Shown here: positions 16,119 through 26,387 of the stretch, piece after piece
Layout of the letters: each line of letters starts with the position of its first letter
How positions within the stretch are numbered: position 1 is the stretch's first letter
From: Clostridiales bacterium
Lineage (GTDB): Bacteria > Bacillota > Desulfotomaculia > Desulfotomaculales > VENG01
Direction of reading: 5' to 3'
DNA length: 64,000 bases
NCBI GenBank assembly: GCA_016278505.1
Contig: JADQBQ010000005.1
Span: 36,771-100,770, forward strand
Position numbers and translations under genes: made by a program
The notes under the pieces: model-generated
Seen by the model: only the letters and a program-made list of their open reading frames with translations
What the model was told of the DNA's origin: nothing
Databases searched by the model: none

Positions 16119-18607
16119 CTGCCTCCTTGTCAGGAGTTTTGTTGCGTAGGTTGGAGATTAACGGCCAGCCGGCAGATACCAGACAAAGTAAAATCAATAT
16201 GATAGAAAGTGGGCGTGTGAAGAATACTTCAAACATGCTGCCTGCTGATTTACCCATTAACATGGACTGTACCAGTCCATTTTCCGCTATGGGGCCTAGA
16301 ATTAGGCCTAATACTATGGGCCCGGGGTGAAAACCGGCTTTTTTAGTTACATAACCAACTAAGCCGAATAGGATCATGATTATTACGTCTACAATGTTGT
16401 TTCTGATGGCATAGGAGCCGATTACTGTCATAAATACAACCATGGGGGCTAAGTAGCTGACGGGCAGGTTAATTAGTTTGGCTACATGGCGTGCCCCGTA
16501 GAAAGCCATCACTCCCATGACTATATTGGCTACAATGAGTGAAAACAGGAAGGTGTAGGTTATGTCTCCATAGTTTATATATAGTTCCGGACCGGGTCTC
16601 ATACCCTGGAGCATCAATGCACCCAGTAAAATGGCTGCCGGGGCCGCTCCCGGTATGCCCAGTGTCATTAACGGTACTAGTGAGCCGCCCACTTCTGCGT
16701 TGTTGGCTGCTTCTGAGGCTGCTACTCCGTCAATGTTGCCTTTGCCAAATTCTTTGGGCTTTTTGGACCAGCGGACTGCTTCGTTGTAAGATACCAGACC
16801 GGCAATGTTACCGCCGGCACCGGGAACTATGCCTACAAAGGCTCCGATTACAGCTGATCTTAAAAGTAATATTGGTTTTTTAATTAAATCTGAGATTATT
16901 CCTTTAGCTACACCTTTTTGTGGTTTGTAGTTGATGCTGTCATGTTGGCTAAATTTCTTTTCTATCATGCTTAAGACTTCGGGAATACAGAAAAATCCTA
17001 TTAATACTACAATCAATGATAAGCCGGCCTGCAGTTGGTAAAGACCAAAGGTGAAGCGCATTTCTCCGCCCAGGGGGGCTATACCGATTTGACTTAGTAA
17101 AAGACCTATCCCACCACCTATCAAGCCTTTTAACATTGAACCGGAGGCTAAGGTGGCAATAATGGTCAGCCCGAAGATGGATAGCCAGAAGTATTCCGGC
17201 GGGCCGAATTTTAATGCAATTGATGCTAGGGGCGGGGATAGCAGCAGGAGTACAACTGCTCCGATTACACCTCCCACAGCGGAGCTGAAGGCCGCGGTGA
17301 CCAGGGCATGCTCTGCTTTTCCTTTTTTTGTTAAAGGAAAGCCGTCAAAGGTGGTGGCAATGGCTGATGGTGTCCCCGGTGTGTTGACCAGGATGGCTGC
17401 GATACAGCCGCCATAAATAGCACCTACGTATATGCCGCCCAGGCCCATTAATGCCGGTACTGCGTCCATGGTGAAGGTAAAGGGTACTAAAAGGGCCATG
17501 GCCATGGTGGCGGTTAACCCGGGTAAGGCACCTACTATTATTCCAAAGCCTACGCCTATTGCCATGATTAAAAAGTTGGTTGGTTGAGCTATATTGCTTA
17601 GTGCTGCTATAAAGTCGGCTGGCATGGCAAGTCTCCTCTCCATGATACATGGTGGTTCCCGGGAGACTTAGCCCGGGAACCTTTAATGTTATTTTTTATT
17701 TTGACTCTGCTTGTACTTTTTCTAATATTGCACTGTACTTGTCTTTCATTTCATTTATATATTGCTTCGATTCTTCTGCACCCATGGCCAGTGGCAGGAA
17801 GCCTTCTTCTTTCATTTGGGCGCGTATTTCTTCATCTTTGGCAATTTCTAAAAATGCTTTTTCTAGTTTTTCTATGATTCTCTTGTCTGTTTCCGGCGGT
17901 ACTGCAACACCGCGGTCAATACTGGCTGTCATGTCTATATCTTGTTCCATAAAGGTTTTTACATCCGGCAGGGGCTCAAATCTTTCTTTGGAACCAATGG
18001 CCAGTATCTTCATTTTGTCCTGGTGCTGTACCAGGTCGTTGGAGTTGGCCAACAGTGCATCTACGTGACCGCCTAAGTAGCTTTGCACTGATGGTGCTGC
18101 TCCCTGGGACGGTACGTATTGGAATTCAGCACCGGTTTTGTCTTGCAGCTGCATTAAGGTGATGTGGTGTCCGGAATAGGTGCCGGAACCACCTACTGTG
18201 ATTTGACCGGGCTTGGCCTTGCCTGCTTCAATGAATTCATCCAGTGTGTTATAGGGTGAGTCCGGCTGTACTGCCAGGCCGATGGGTGTTCCCTGAAATA
18301 GTGCCACCGGGTTTACCTGGTCTGTTTCGTAGCCGGCATTTTCTCTGGCCAGCGGCTGCAGTATAATGTGCGGTATATTCATCCCGGTCAGGTAATAGCC
18401 GTCGGGATCTTTCCTTACCAGCTCTGACCAGCCTACTGCTCCGCCACCACCGGGTTTGTTTTCGATTACTACATTGACTCCCAGCTTTTCTTCCAGTGGT
18501 TTTTGCTGCCTGCGGGCTTCTAGGTCTGACTGACCGCCTGGATTAAACGGCACTACATATTTTATTGTCTTGGTGGGGTAGTTAAATTCGTCTTTTCCTT
18601 CTTCCCC
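15691..18607. repeat. ~2.9 kb apparently base-identical segment, copy 2
   Basis: See the partner at 7882..10798. Confidence 0.85.
16105..17643 (-). CDS. tctA: TctA, copy 2
   Basis: Protein identical to copy 1. Confidence 0.9.
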   Translation of the reverse strand: MERRLAMPADFIAALSNIAQPTNFLIMAIGVGFGIIVGALPGLTATMAMALLVPFTFTMDAVPALMGLGGIYVGAIYGGCIAAILVNTPGTPSAIATTFDGFPLTKKGKAEHALVTAAFSSAVGGVIGAVVLLLLSPPLASIALKFGPPEYFWLSIFGLTIIATLASGSMLKGLIGGGIGLLLSQIGIAPLGGEMRFTFGLYQLQAGLSLIVVLIGFFCIPEVLSMIEKKFSQHDSINYKPQKGVAKGIISDLIKKPILLLRSAVIGAFVGIVPGAGGNIAGLVSYNEAVRWSKKPKEFGKGNIDGVAASEAANNAEVGGSLVPLMTLGIPGAAPAAILLGALMLQGMRPGPELYINYGDITYTFLFSLIVANIVMGVMAFYGARHVAKLINLPVSYLAPMVVFMTVIGSYAIRNNIVDVIIMILFGLVGYVTKKAGFHPGPIVLGLILGPIAENGLVQSMLMGKSAGSMFEVFFTRPLSIILILLCLVSAGWPLISNLRNKTPDKEADANA

Positions 18608-18679
18608 ATTTTGTGCGCATCCCACTACAACTGATATTGCCAATATTAATACTAAAACCAATGGGCAAAATCGTTTCAA
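17696..18679 (-). CDS. tctC: TctC/Bug-family substrate-binding lipoprotein, copy 2
   Basis: 327 aa. It differs from copy 1 only in the signal peptide (lipobox VVGC). Confidence 0.9.
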   Translation of the reverse strand: MKRFCPLVLVLILAISVVVGCAQNGEEGKDEFNYPTKTIKYVVPFNPGGQSDLEARRQQKPLEEKLGVNVVIENKPGGGGAVGWSELVRKDPDGYYLTGMNIPHIILQPLARENAGYETDQVNPVALFQGTPIGLAVQPDSPYNTLDEFIEAGKAKPGQITVGGSGTYSGHHITLMQLQDKTGAEFQYVPSQGAAPSVQSYLGGHVDALLANSNDLVQHQDKMKILAIGSKERFEPLPDVKTFMEQDIDMTASIDRGVAVPPETDKRIIEKLEKAFLEIAKDEEIRAQMKEEGFLPLAMGAEESKQYINEMKDKYSAILEKVQAESK

Positions 18680-18819
18680 GGATACCCCCCCTAGTGTATA
18701 AATCTAAGATACTTAAAGTGTTCTATTTCACTAGTCATCAATATTAACTCATATACATAGATGGTTGTCTACCTGAACTTAATTCCATGAAAAATACTTC
18801 ATTTGTTTACATTGAATTC

Positions 18820-19989
18820 CTAAGCGCTGGGATACAATTTAGTCATGATGAACTCTTTATGCCCAAGAATTTCCGCACTCATCATACGACCGTTACATGC
18901 CCTTAACATCATATCCATCAATTTATCTCCCGCGCCCTCTAAATCCATTTCACGGCGCAATAAACCGGTAAGATCTACATCGATATGTTCGGACATGGTG
19001 GCGACTGTAATTGGGTTGGCACACAATTTAACCACCGGGATTACCGGATTACCTACAATATTTCCTTGCCCGGTGGGGAATAAATGCACCACCGCTCCTC
19101 CTGCGGCACACAGTGTAACCATTTCTGCCGCGGCAGAAGATGAATTCATAAAATGCAGCCCCGTGCCTTTGGGTGCCTCTGCCTCTTTTAGGGCACTTTT
19201 TACCATCGCTTTTCTGCCCATTTTTTGGATATTGCCTAACGCTTTTTCTTCAATAGTAGTTAAACCACCGGCAATATTACCCTGTGTTGGCTGAGATCCT
19301 AAAAGGTCAACTCCTTGACCCTCAATCAGATTCATGTAATCAGTATGCATTTTCAAAAATGCTTCTTTTACTTCCGGAGTAGCACATCTTTCAGCAACAA
19401 TGTCTTCTCCACCTGTTATCTCTGAGGTTTCACCAAAGATTGCCGTACCACCCCATTCCACTACCCGGTCAACCACTACACCTACAGTGGGATTTGACGC
19501 TAAGCCGGAAGTTGTATCCGACTCACCACATTTAACACTAACAGTGAGCTCCGAACCCCTGCATTCCACACGCTTTAGTTCGGTAGCATACTGCACGAAT
19601 TCATGAGCCTTGCGTGCAGCTGTTTCAATTGTTTTATACTGGCCGTTACGCTCAATGGCAAAACCAGCTACCGGCTTCCCGGTCTTAGCTATTCCATCCA
19701 CTATTTTGTTTGTCCAATTAGGCTCAATACCAATAACTACACAGGCAGCAATGTTTGGATTGCACCCGGTTCCAATCATGGTACGGAAAAATAGGTCTAA
19801 ATCTTCACCAAACTGCAAACGCCCATATGCGTGGGGCAAAGGTAATGTGCCTTGCACTATGCTGGCAACACCCTCAACAGCAGCGTTTGAAATGTCATCT
19901 AAAGCTAAAATTGCCACATGGTTCCTTACTCCTACACGCCCATTTTCACGCTTGTAACCGTAAAATATTGGTTCAGTCATTTTTACCAC
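18820..19989 (-). CDS. UxaA-family large subunit, diverged paralog of 11057..12217
   Basis: 389 aa, colinear with the other copy but with many substitutions ([19 protein letters not shown]...). Confidence 0.8.
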   Translation of the reverse strand: MVKMTEPIFYGYKRENGRVGVRNHVAILALDDISNAAVEGVASIVQGTLPLPHAYGRLQFGEDLDLFFRTMIGTGCNPNIAACVVIGIEPNWTNKIVDGIAKTGKPVAGFAIERNGQYKTIETAARKAHEFVQYATELKRVECRGSELTVSVKCGESDTTSGLASNPTVGVVVDRVVEWGGTAIFGETSEITGGEDIVAERCATPEVKEAFLKMHTDYMNLIEGQGVDLLGSQPTQGNIAGGLTTIEEKALGNIQKMGRKAMVKSALKEAEAPKGTGLHFMNSSSAAAEMVTLCAAGGAVVHLFPTGQGNIVGNPVIPVVKLCANPITVATMSEHIDVDLTGLLRREMDLEGAGDKLMDMMLRACNGRMMSAEILGHKEFIMTKLYPSA

Positions 19990-20267
19990 CTCAATGTCCT
20001 AAGATTGTGGGTATGCATATGCTCTCCTTTTTTGACAGCTTGGCTGGCTTTGCCGATTACCACGTTATATTTCAATACTTTGGCACCTTGATCAAGATCA
20101 TAAAGAGCAATCTTATGACCTAAAGGGATGTCATTTTGCGACTTTACGGTAACCGTTGAATTATCTTCCATCACCCAGCCACTAACATCTTCACCGGCTT
20201 TGATGTCTGTAACGGCCACCCCCACGTGATCTTGTTTATCGTGGACAAAAAAGTTCGTTTGCGCCAT
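19983..20267 (-). CDS. SAF-domain small subunit, diverged paralog of 12218..12496
   Basis: 94 aa with the pattern [13 protein letters not shown]...GHKIAL. It overlaps the large-subunit start by 7 nt. Confidence 0.7.
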   Translation of the reverse strand: MAQTNFFVHDKQDHVGVAVTDIKAGEDVSGWVMEDNSTVTVKSQNDIPLGHKIALYDLDQGAKVLKYNVVIGKASQAVKKGEHMHTHNLRTLRW

Positions 20268-20451
20268 ATATTATTGGCCTCCTCTCGAATATTTTTCTAC
20301 AAATAATATTATTATGTTACAATTCAACCTTTATTCATAAGCACCATGGTATTTTATTCCTAAATAAATTCCCTAACTTCTCCGTATAGTAATTCGTATC
20401 AGAGAAAAACTTGTTTAAAGATATATAAATTATAAGGAGGAAATAATCCTG

Positions 20452-20751
20452 ATGAAAACAAAGCAAAAGGATAAACAAACCCTTTTGAAAAAACCCCAAC
20501 AGATAAAACAAGAGATGGAGGCCGGTGCAGAATTAAGTCCTGCCCCGGTTCAGGATGCCGTTCAAAGCATGAAAACAAAACCCCGTGTGCAAAAAGCGAA
20601 ACCGGAAGGTCCTACACAGAATTTTGGCGGCGGCTGGGGAGTTGACGGGGCATTCTACCACGTTGATAAAGAAATATTACAACAAACTTCGGAAACTGGA
20701 CCTGCCTCGCTGGAAACTGACCTAATTACCAATCAAGTAAAAGATAAATGA
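20452..20751 (+). CDS. hypothetical Lys/Gln-rich small protein
   Basis: 99 aa with a strong SD (aaggagg) and a terminator directly downstream. No family recognised. Confidence 0.4.
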   Translation: MKTKQKDKQTLLKKPQQIKQEMEAGAELSPAPVQDAVQSMKTKPRVQKAKPEGPTQNFGGGWGVDGAFYHVDKEILQQTSETGPASLETDLITNQVKDK

Positions 20752-20768
20752 TACTCAAGGGAAAAGTA

Positions 20769-20799
20769 AAAAATCCCGATTACTAAATCGGGATTTTTT
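20769..20799 (+). terminator. intrinsic terminator, AAATCCCGAT hairpin family member 1
   Basis: aaaaatcccgat / atcgggattttt stem followed by a T-run. Confidence 0.8.
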
Positions 20800-20914
20800 A
20801 TTCACTTACCTTTTGTAACAAATTATTTAGATACTGTTTTATGGTTTGTAATATCTGTTTGTTATTATTGCGTTAACTCCTCCTAAAGTAATACCTCCTC
20901 TTTTCTTTTATTGA

Positions 20915-20942
20915 GAAATCCCGATTTTCTAATCGGGATTTC
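20915..20942. promoter_or_regulatory. hairpin of the same family without a U-run, just upstream of the 20969 gene
   Basis: gaaatcccgatt-ttct-aatcgggatttc. It lies 27 nt before the start codon and has no T-run. This could be an attenuator, an operator or a REP-like copy. Confidence 0.35.
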
Positions 20943-20968
20943 TTAATGACATTATTTAATCATTCGAG

Positions 20969-23218
20969 GTGAAATTAATGAACAGTGCCAAAAACACCTT
21001 CCCGGTTTTAAGCAGTGTATTTGTAGTTTCTACATCTCTCATTATGTATGAAATCATTTTAACCAGGTTGTATTCTGCCGTAATGTGGTATCACTTTGTA
21101 TCCCTGGCCGTTTCCATTGCCTTGTTTTCCCTTGCACTTGGAGGAATTCTAGTCTACCGGTATCCTTTAAAAGAAAAAAAGAAACGGCAAAATCTTAAGC
21201 TGAAAACTTGGGAGCGATCAAGTCTGACCGGGCTGGCTGTTTCCATTTTAATACTTACTCTGGTTTTTTATCGCGTGCCTTATCACAATGATTTATATAT
21301 GATTTATATTCTGGCGGGCGGAATACCCTTTGTTTTCGGAGGAATATACCTGTCGATATCTTTTTTTAACTTTCCGTCCCAAAGCTCTTACATCTATTTC
21401 GCTGACTTAATTGGTTCGGCAGCAGGCGGCGCTCTGATTATGAAACTATTAAATGACTATAGTATCATGCGTACTGTTGTCATTATAAGTTTGGTTTTGC
21501 TTGTAGTGATGGCAATAAGATTTTTGCCGGGTAAAAAGAGGTTGTTGGGATCAGTACTAACGTCATTTATGTTTATAATAGCGGTCTTTTTTGGCGGTAT
21601 TATAGATGAGTGGTCCGTAAACTTTAAAGCCTACCAGGGTGAACCTAAAATGTTAGGAATGTTATCAGGAAACCCGCAAAGCATATTTACCACGTGGGAT
21701 TCACTGGCCAAGACCGATGTGATAGAAACAGATAAAGATAACAATAAAATTGTCTTGGTAGACGGGGCTGCAAGTTCATACATGCTGCCTTTTAACGGGA
21801 ACTACCAGGAAGTGAGTAATCTTAGAAAGGAAACGGGCTATCTTCCTTTTGCCGTGGGCGAGCGGGACAATGCACTAATAATCGGTCCCGGGGGAGGCAA
21901 AGATATTCTCCTTGCCCACCTCGCCGGTGTACATGACATCACTGCAGTGGAGATCAACCCCGGTACAGTCCGGGCTGCCAGGAAATTTAAAGATTTTAAC
22001 GGTAATATATACGACCGCCCGGGAACCAAAACCCATGTTATTGATGGTCGAACGTTTATCAGCCAGGATAAAAATAAATATGACATAATTTACTTATCCC
22101 TTGTTATGACAAAAGCTTCGGAGATGCAAGAAAACTATATTTATACAGCTGAAGCCTTCGAGGAGTATTTGAACCATTTAACTGAAGAAGGTAAACTAGC
22201 ATTTTTACTTCACGGTGAATCGGATTTCTCCAAAGCACTGGCTACGGCAATTAAGGTGCTGGATAAGCGTGGCATATCCCGTGCTGAAATAGCTAATCAC
22301 ATTGCCATCGTGAACACTCAGAAGGATAATGACAAAGAATTGGAAGCCGCCGGCCAACATGGCGAAAAACTATACTATCCCTTATTAATTGTCAAGAATA
22401 CTCCTTTTAAACAAACTGAAGCTAATGCCCTGCTTGCCCTCTCACAGCAAGGCTCAAGCAATCCTGTATACTTACCGCAAAAAGGGACAGAGCTCAAATT
22501 GCCTTCCAATGATGATTTAGAGAGTTGGGTAGTTAATGATAATAAACCGTTTTTCTACAATAGTTCAAACGGTGCACCTAAAAGCGTTTGGGCCATATTG
22601 ATTGTCATGACATTGGGCGGGCTAATCTTTATTTATCCTCCCCTCAGACACAGAAGCAAAGAGGTCAAGCATTATGGCTCATATTTTGCGCTGCTGGGTA
22701 TTTCTTTTATGCTTATAGAGATACCTCTACTCCAAAATTTCATACTTTTTCTGGGTCGTCCCACTCTAACATTCTCCACGGTAATTGCTTCGCTGCTTTT
22801 TGCCGGTGGACTGGGCAGTTTCGCCACCTCATTTTTTAAAAGGGATAATACACCTGTGCTTGCCGGGATTGGCATTGCCCTTATGGTACTGATTATGAAT
22901 CTAAAACTCGATGATTTCCTGGCCGGCTACCAGGGCGTACCCATTTTAAATAAAATCATGATCGTTTTCCTTGTCTTACTTCCACTGGGCTTTCTAATGG
23001 GAATTCCCTTTCCCGTCGGCATTAAGAGAATGGAAGAAAAAAATCGAAATTTTGTTCCGGTAATGTGGGGAATAAACGGGTGGATGTCTGTAGTAGGATC
23101 TGTGGGTGCACTGGTTTTAGCCATGCATTTTGGGTTTACTCAGACACTTTACATGGGAGCAATAGGATATTTATTGTTTGCTGTATTCACCTTAAAAGTC
23201 ATGACAAAACTCCCATGA
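20969..23218 (+). CDS. fused polytopic membrane / spermidine-synthase-like (class I methyltransferase fold) protein
   Basis: 749 aa. TM blocks flank a central domain with LIIGPGGGKDIL...VEINPG...DIIYLS. The last codons and the stop lie inside dispersed-repeat copy B. Confidence 0.7.
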   Translation: MKLMNSAKNTFPVLSSVFVVSTSLIMYEIILTRLYSAVMWYHFVSLAVSIALFSLALGGILVYRYPLKEKKKRQNLKLKTWERSSLTGLAVSILILTLVFYRVPYHNDLYMIYILAGGIPFVFGGIYLSISFFNFPSQSSYIYFADLIGSAAGGALIMKLLNDYSIMRTVVIISLVLLVVMAIRFLPGKKRLLGSVLTSFMFIIAVFFGGIIDEWSVNFKAYQGEPKMLGMLSGNPQSIFTTWDSLAKTDVIETDKDNNKIVLVDGAASSYMLPFNGNYQEVSNLRKETGYLPFAVGERDNALIIGPGGGKDILLAHLAGVHDITAVEINPGTVRAARKFKDFNGNIYDRPGTKTHVIDGRTFISQDKNKYDIIYLSLVMTKASEMQENYIYTAEAFEEYLNHLTEEGKLAFLLHGESDFSKALATAIKVLDKRGISRAEIANHIAIVNTQKDNDKELEAAGQHGEKLYYPLLIVKNTPFKQTEANALLALSQQGSSNPVYLPQKGTELKLPSNDDLESWVVNDNKPFFYNSSNGAPKSVWAILIVMTLGGLIFIYPPLRHRSKEVKHYGSYFALLGISFMLIEIPLLQNFILFLGRPTLTFSTVIASLLFAGGLGSFATSFFKRDNTPVLAGIGIALMVLIMNLKLDDFLAGYQGVPILNKIMIVFLVLLPLGFLMGIPFPVGIKRMEEKNRNFVPVMWGINGWMSVVGSVGALVLAMHFGFTQTLYMGAIGYLLFAVFTLKVMTKLP

Positions 23219-23407
23219 ACCTTATACACAAACTAGTATGAGAAAACTACATTTTTATGAAAGAAAGACTCCATAGTGCCAACACTAAAAAAGAAAGGGC
23301 AATTTTTGACGGGATTCTCGGGATAGAGATTAAAATAAAGAGAAAAGAAAAGGCAAACACATGAGACAGGATTCGAGGATAAAGGATTTAAAGATAGCGT
23401 TTTAAAA
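23207..23407. repeat. dispersed non-coding repeat, copy B
   Basis: Aligns with 4622..4840. The short reading frame seen in copy A is broken here after 8 codons. Confidence 0.8.
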
Positions 23408-23616
23408 GCTAATTGGTTATAAGGTTAAGCTTAAAAGAGTTAACTAAGCCATATAAGAAAAGATCCCGTTTTAACGGGATCTTTTCTTATTAAAGCTAAC
23501 CGATCTACGCTGTCTGTAAGACTCTCATTATCATAACATATCCGGTTTCATTTATTGCTACCTGATCTCCTACTTTCAGTTCATCAATAAATATACGGTT
23601 ACCGTCAGTGTCATAC

Positions 23617-24084
23617 TTACATTCCCATATTCCCAGAGCCCATGCCCCCACTGTGACCTGAACCCATACTATTGCTATTGCCGCCCATCATACCCCCAGC
23701 ATTACCTTGAACCTGTTTATTGTTGAACTGAGTTCCATGGGTATCGTTCATGTAATCATTCATTGCATCATGGTTTTGCTGCATTGTATCGTAGTTCATT
23801 TGCGCATCCATTTGAAACTGCCTCTGGCTATCAGGAGCTGCAGCGTCTTTTTGCTTTTGCACCCTGGTCTCTTTTTCTTTAGTCAACTGATCCATATAAG
23901 CACCGGGCTGCATTTTTATTTGTTGGGAATCCTGCTTGGTTACGGTATCACTTGACTGCTGAACTTGTGCCTGTGGTGCCTTGGCGCTCGGCTCGAACTG
24001 CATGGTACCGGCATACGAGACTCCCACCAAAGCCAAACCCATTGTCATCACTGAAACACCCGTTAATAATTTTTTTCCTATCAT
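23617..24084 (-). CDS. secreted Met/Gln/Asp-rich small protein (family member 2)
   Basis: Signal peptide, repeated Q/M/D motifs and a tail GGMMGGNSNSMGSGHSGGMGSGNMGM. Good SD (aggagg). Confidence 0.6.
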   Translation of the reverse strand: MIGKKLLTGVSVMTMGLALVGVSYAGTMQFEPSAKAPQAQVQQSSDTVTKQDSQQIKMQPGAYMDQLTKEKETRVQKQKDAAAPDSQRQFQMDAQMNYDTMQQNHDAMNDYMNDTHGTQFNNKQVQGNAGGMMGGNSNSMGSGHSGGMGSGNMGM

Positions 24085-24120
24085 CTAATTATGACCTCCT
24101 ATTTTTTGTGTTTTGCGGTT

Positions 24121-24154
24121 AGTTATTCGAAGCGTGTATCATTTTTGGGGAGGT
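24121..24154 (-). promoter_or_regulatory. candidate SigI-type promoter (C-rich -35, CGAA -10)
   Basis: The minus strand reads ACCTCCCC-N17-CGAATAACTAACCGCAAAAC, a block shared with 50471..50504 and 54916..54950. Confidence 0.45.
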
Positions 24155-24164
24155 CTTATTAATT

Positions 24165-24992
24165 TTATCCGCCTTGAACAGAGAAAAATAGAAGCACAGA
24201 TAATATCATTCCAATAGCAGTTATAACTATTGTTGTCACCATTCCGGACTTCTTTTGCATCACCGGAGGTAATGGGTATCTTGTTTTAAGCGCCAGGCTC
24301 AAAAAGAAACCTGCTGCTATGGTGATCAAGCTTAAGAGGTGAGACACAGAGAAGGGATCTATAATAACGGGATTGGTACGCAAGAATTCTACTGCTCCCC
24401 TGATTAAAGCATACCCAATAAGATAATGCACAAATATTTGCCCCTGATATTTTGCCCGGTCTCTTTTTAGCCAAAGGTAGGCAAATAATGAATAGTCCAA
24501 GAGCACCTCATAAATCTGTACAGGATGGACTAATGTGCCCCCAACCCATACACCCCATGGATAAACTCCCTCCATAGGAATTCCAAAAACATCACATCCA
24601 ATTCTGCCTATGGCCTGCCCTAAAATCAAAGAAGGAGCCAGAATATCAGCGAACTGCCACAAAGGTAATTTATTTCGCTTAATGTAGTATATTGCTACCA
24701 ATGAACCGCCTAGAATACCCCCGTGTATAGAGAGTCCCCCGTTCTGAATCATCACTATATCCAACGGGTTTTGGACATAGTACATAGGGCTATAAAAAAG
24801 AATATAGCCAAGCCTGGCACCAACAATACCACCCAGTAAAGTCCATACTGTAAGATCCAAGGCTTTGTCTGGAGGTAACCCTTTCCTACGTGCCTGCCAA
24901 ACTGTAAGCAAGATTCCAGCCAATGCACCCAGGGCAACCATCGCACCAAAGAAATATACTTCAAAAAACCCAAAGTCAAATAGTAATTTCAA
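24165..24992 (-). CDS. lgt: prolipoprotein diacylglyceryl transferase
   Basis: 275 aa with characteristic Lgt sequence (GGIVGARLGYILFY, GGLSIHGGILGG, GRIGCD). Confidence 0.9.
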   Translation of the reverse strand: MKLLFDFGFFEVYFFGAMVALGALAGILLTVWQARRKGLPPDKALDLTVWTLLGGIVGARLGYILFYSPMYYVQNPLDIVMIQNGGLSIHGGILGGSLVAIYYIKRNKLPLWQFADILAPSLILGQAIGRIGCDVFGIPMEGVYPWGVWVGGTLVHPVQIYEVLLDYSLFAYLWLKRDRAKYQGQIFVHYLIGYALIRGAVEFLRTNPVIIDPFSVSHLLSLITIAAGFFLSLALKTRYPLPPVMQKKSGMVTTIVITAIGMILSVLLFFSVQGG

Positions 24993-25118
24993 CCTAACCT
25001 ACCTCCAAATAATTAGTCCAAAAATATAAACGGAAAAGGGAGGATTCTCAATTTCATCCTCCCCGCCAGGAACCGTACTGAAAACCTCCGGGTTCCATTT
25101 ACTCACTGAATAATACTT

Positions 25119-25451
25119 TTAGCCGGAAACGTAAAATAGGTAAAGATTTAACAAACTAAAGACTACGGAAAACGTTATAACCATAACCGCCAGATGGGTT
25201 AGCAAGGCCTTTTTTGTGCTGATATTATGTTTTTTAACGCTTCGCCTAAAGGCCCAGCCCATGTAAATCATTCCTGCTCCCAGGAAATACAGCCTGTAGT
25301 CCACCATCCATTGGCTAAAAAGTGTTGCCCCGGCACTAAAACCTATAGCAAGGGCAACAGCGTGTAATATGCAGCACAGCCCTCCGAGCAATCCTCCTTT
25401 TGTCCCCTCACTGATACTATTGCTTTTAAGTTTAGCCAATAACTTTCCCAT
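25119..25451 (-). CDS. hypothetical 3-TM membrane protein with a Cys-Cys pair in TM1
   Basis: 110 aa. The GGLCCILHAV motif is reminiscent of small metal-transport proteins, but no family is assigned. Confidence 0.4.
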   Translation of the reverse strand: MGKLLAKLKSNSISEGTKGGLLGGLCCILHAVALAIGFSAGATLFSQWMVDYRLYFLGAGMIYMGWAFRRSVKKHNISTKKALLTHLAVMVITFSVVFSLLNLYLFYVSG

Positions 25452-25635
25452 CCTATGACCTCCTTTTCTAACATTTACTTGGATATATTTTAATGGTTAT
25501 AAATCACGAATTGTTTAAGCAAACCACAACTTTATTTAAAGATATAGTTTAATAATTTTACATACACTTGTAATATAATTGGGATATTTTTGTTTTATAA
25601 TTTCTGTTAATTGAGGTAATGAGGTGGAGGTAGAG

Positions 25636-25791
25636 ATGGCTGTGAATAAAATCATCATTGGAGCATTTATAGTTTTGGCACTATTTGTCACGGTTAGATT
25701 GGTTTGGTTTTCGCATGAAGACATAAGCAATAAAAACAACCAAGAGACTAACCAATCGTTCGATCCTTTTGATCATGACGCGCATCATTAA
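25636..25791 (+). CDS. small single-TM protein (51 aa), below the ORF-track size cut-off
   Basis: Strong SD (gaggtggagg) 5 nt before the ATG, one TM helix and an acidic/His tail. Read directly from the DNA. Confidence 0.35.
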   Translation: MAVNKIIIGAFIVLALFVTVRLVWFSHEDISNKNNQETNQSFDPFDHDAHH

Positions 25792-25946
25792 TAGAGAACA
25801 ATGTAATCATTAATATTCCTTAATAAGGAGAATCAAAATGATATATTACCTTTTTAGTATTATGTTTTTAGCACTATTTGTCATATGGATTCCCTGGGTT
25901 GGCCTTTAAACAATAGTAGGTAACGATCAAAGGAGGCAGCAGAGAA

Positions 25947-26126
25947 TTGATACCGAGGACAGCCGAACTACTCATAGATATAGAACACGAGCGTCACAAG
26001 CTACATGAGAAGGCAAAAAAAAATCCCCGTGACATAGGAATACTACTGGAAACAAGCAAGAGACTGGATAAATTAATTATAGAATATCAAAAGTTAACCA
26101 ATTATTCTCATAGACAGGAGGAATAA
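25947..26126 (+). CDS. Spo0E-family sporulation regulatory phosphatase-like protein (59 aa, TTG start)
   Basis: aggagg SD 10 nt upstream of the TTG. IDIEHERHKLHEKA...LLETSKRLDKLIIEYQKL matches the Spo0E helical hairpin pattern. Missing from the track because it is under 60 aa. Confidence 0.55.
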   Translation: MIPRTAELLIDIEHERHKLHEKAKKNPRDIGILLETSKRLDKLIIEYQKLTNYSHRQEE

Positions 26127-26161
26127 ATCTTGATGTTAATTCCCCGAACCGGATTCGGCCT

Positions 26162-26248
26162 TGGAAATACTTAAGAAGCGCTATGCTACAGGAGAATTAA
26201 CCTTAGAAGATTATCGAGCAATGGCGGAGGAAATACGAGGCGGGTAAA
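26162..26248 (+). pseudogene. SHOCT-domain remnant
   Basis: LEILKKRYATGELTLEDYRAMAEEIRGG resembles the C-terminus of the SHOCT protein at 55161..55433 (LLNRRYASGELTTEEYIAMREEIRGY). The open frame is only ~35 codons with no membrane part. Confidence 0.4.
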
Positions 26249-26387
26249 AAAGGCATCCTTTGAGATGTCTTTTTTTGCAGCAAGATATAATGGGAAAACC
26301 AGTTCCCAATTATACCGGAATAAGGTAAAATAATGTAGAAGAATTGAACAGGCAGCTGTGATTAACATGTTTAATGAGAGGTGTACC

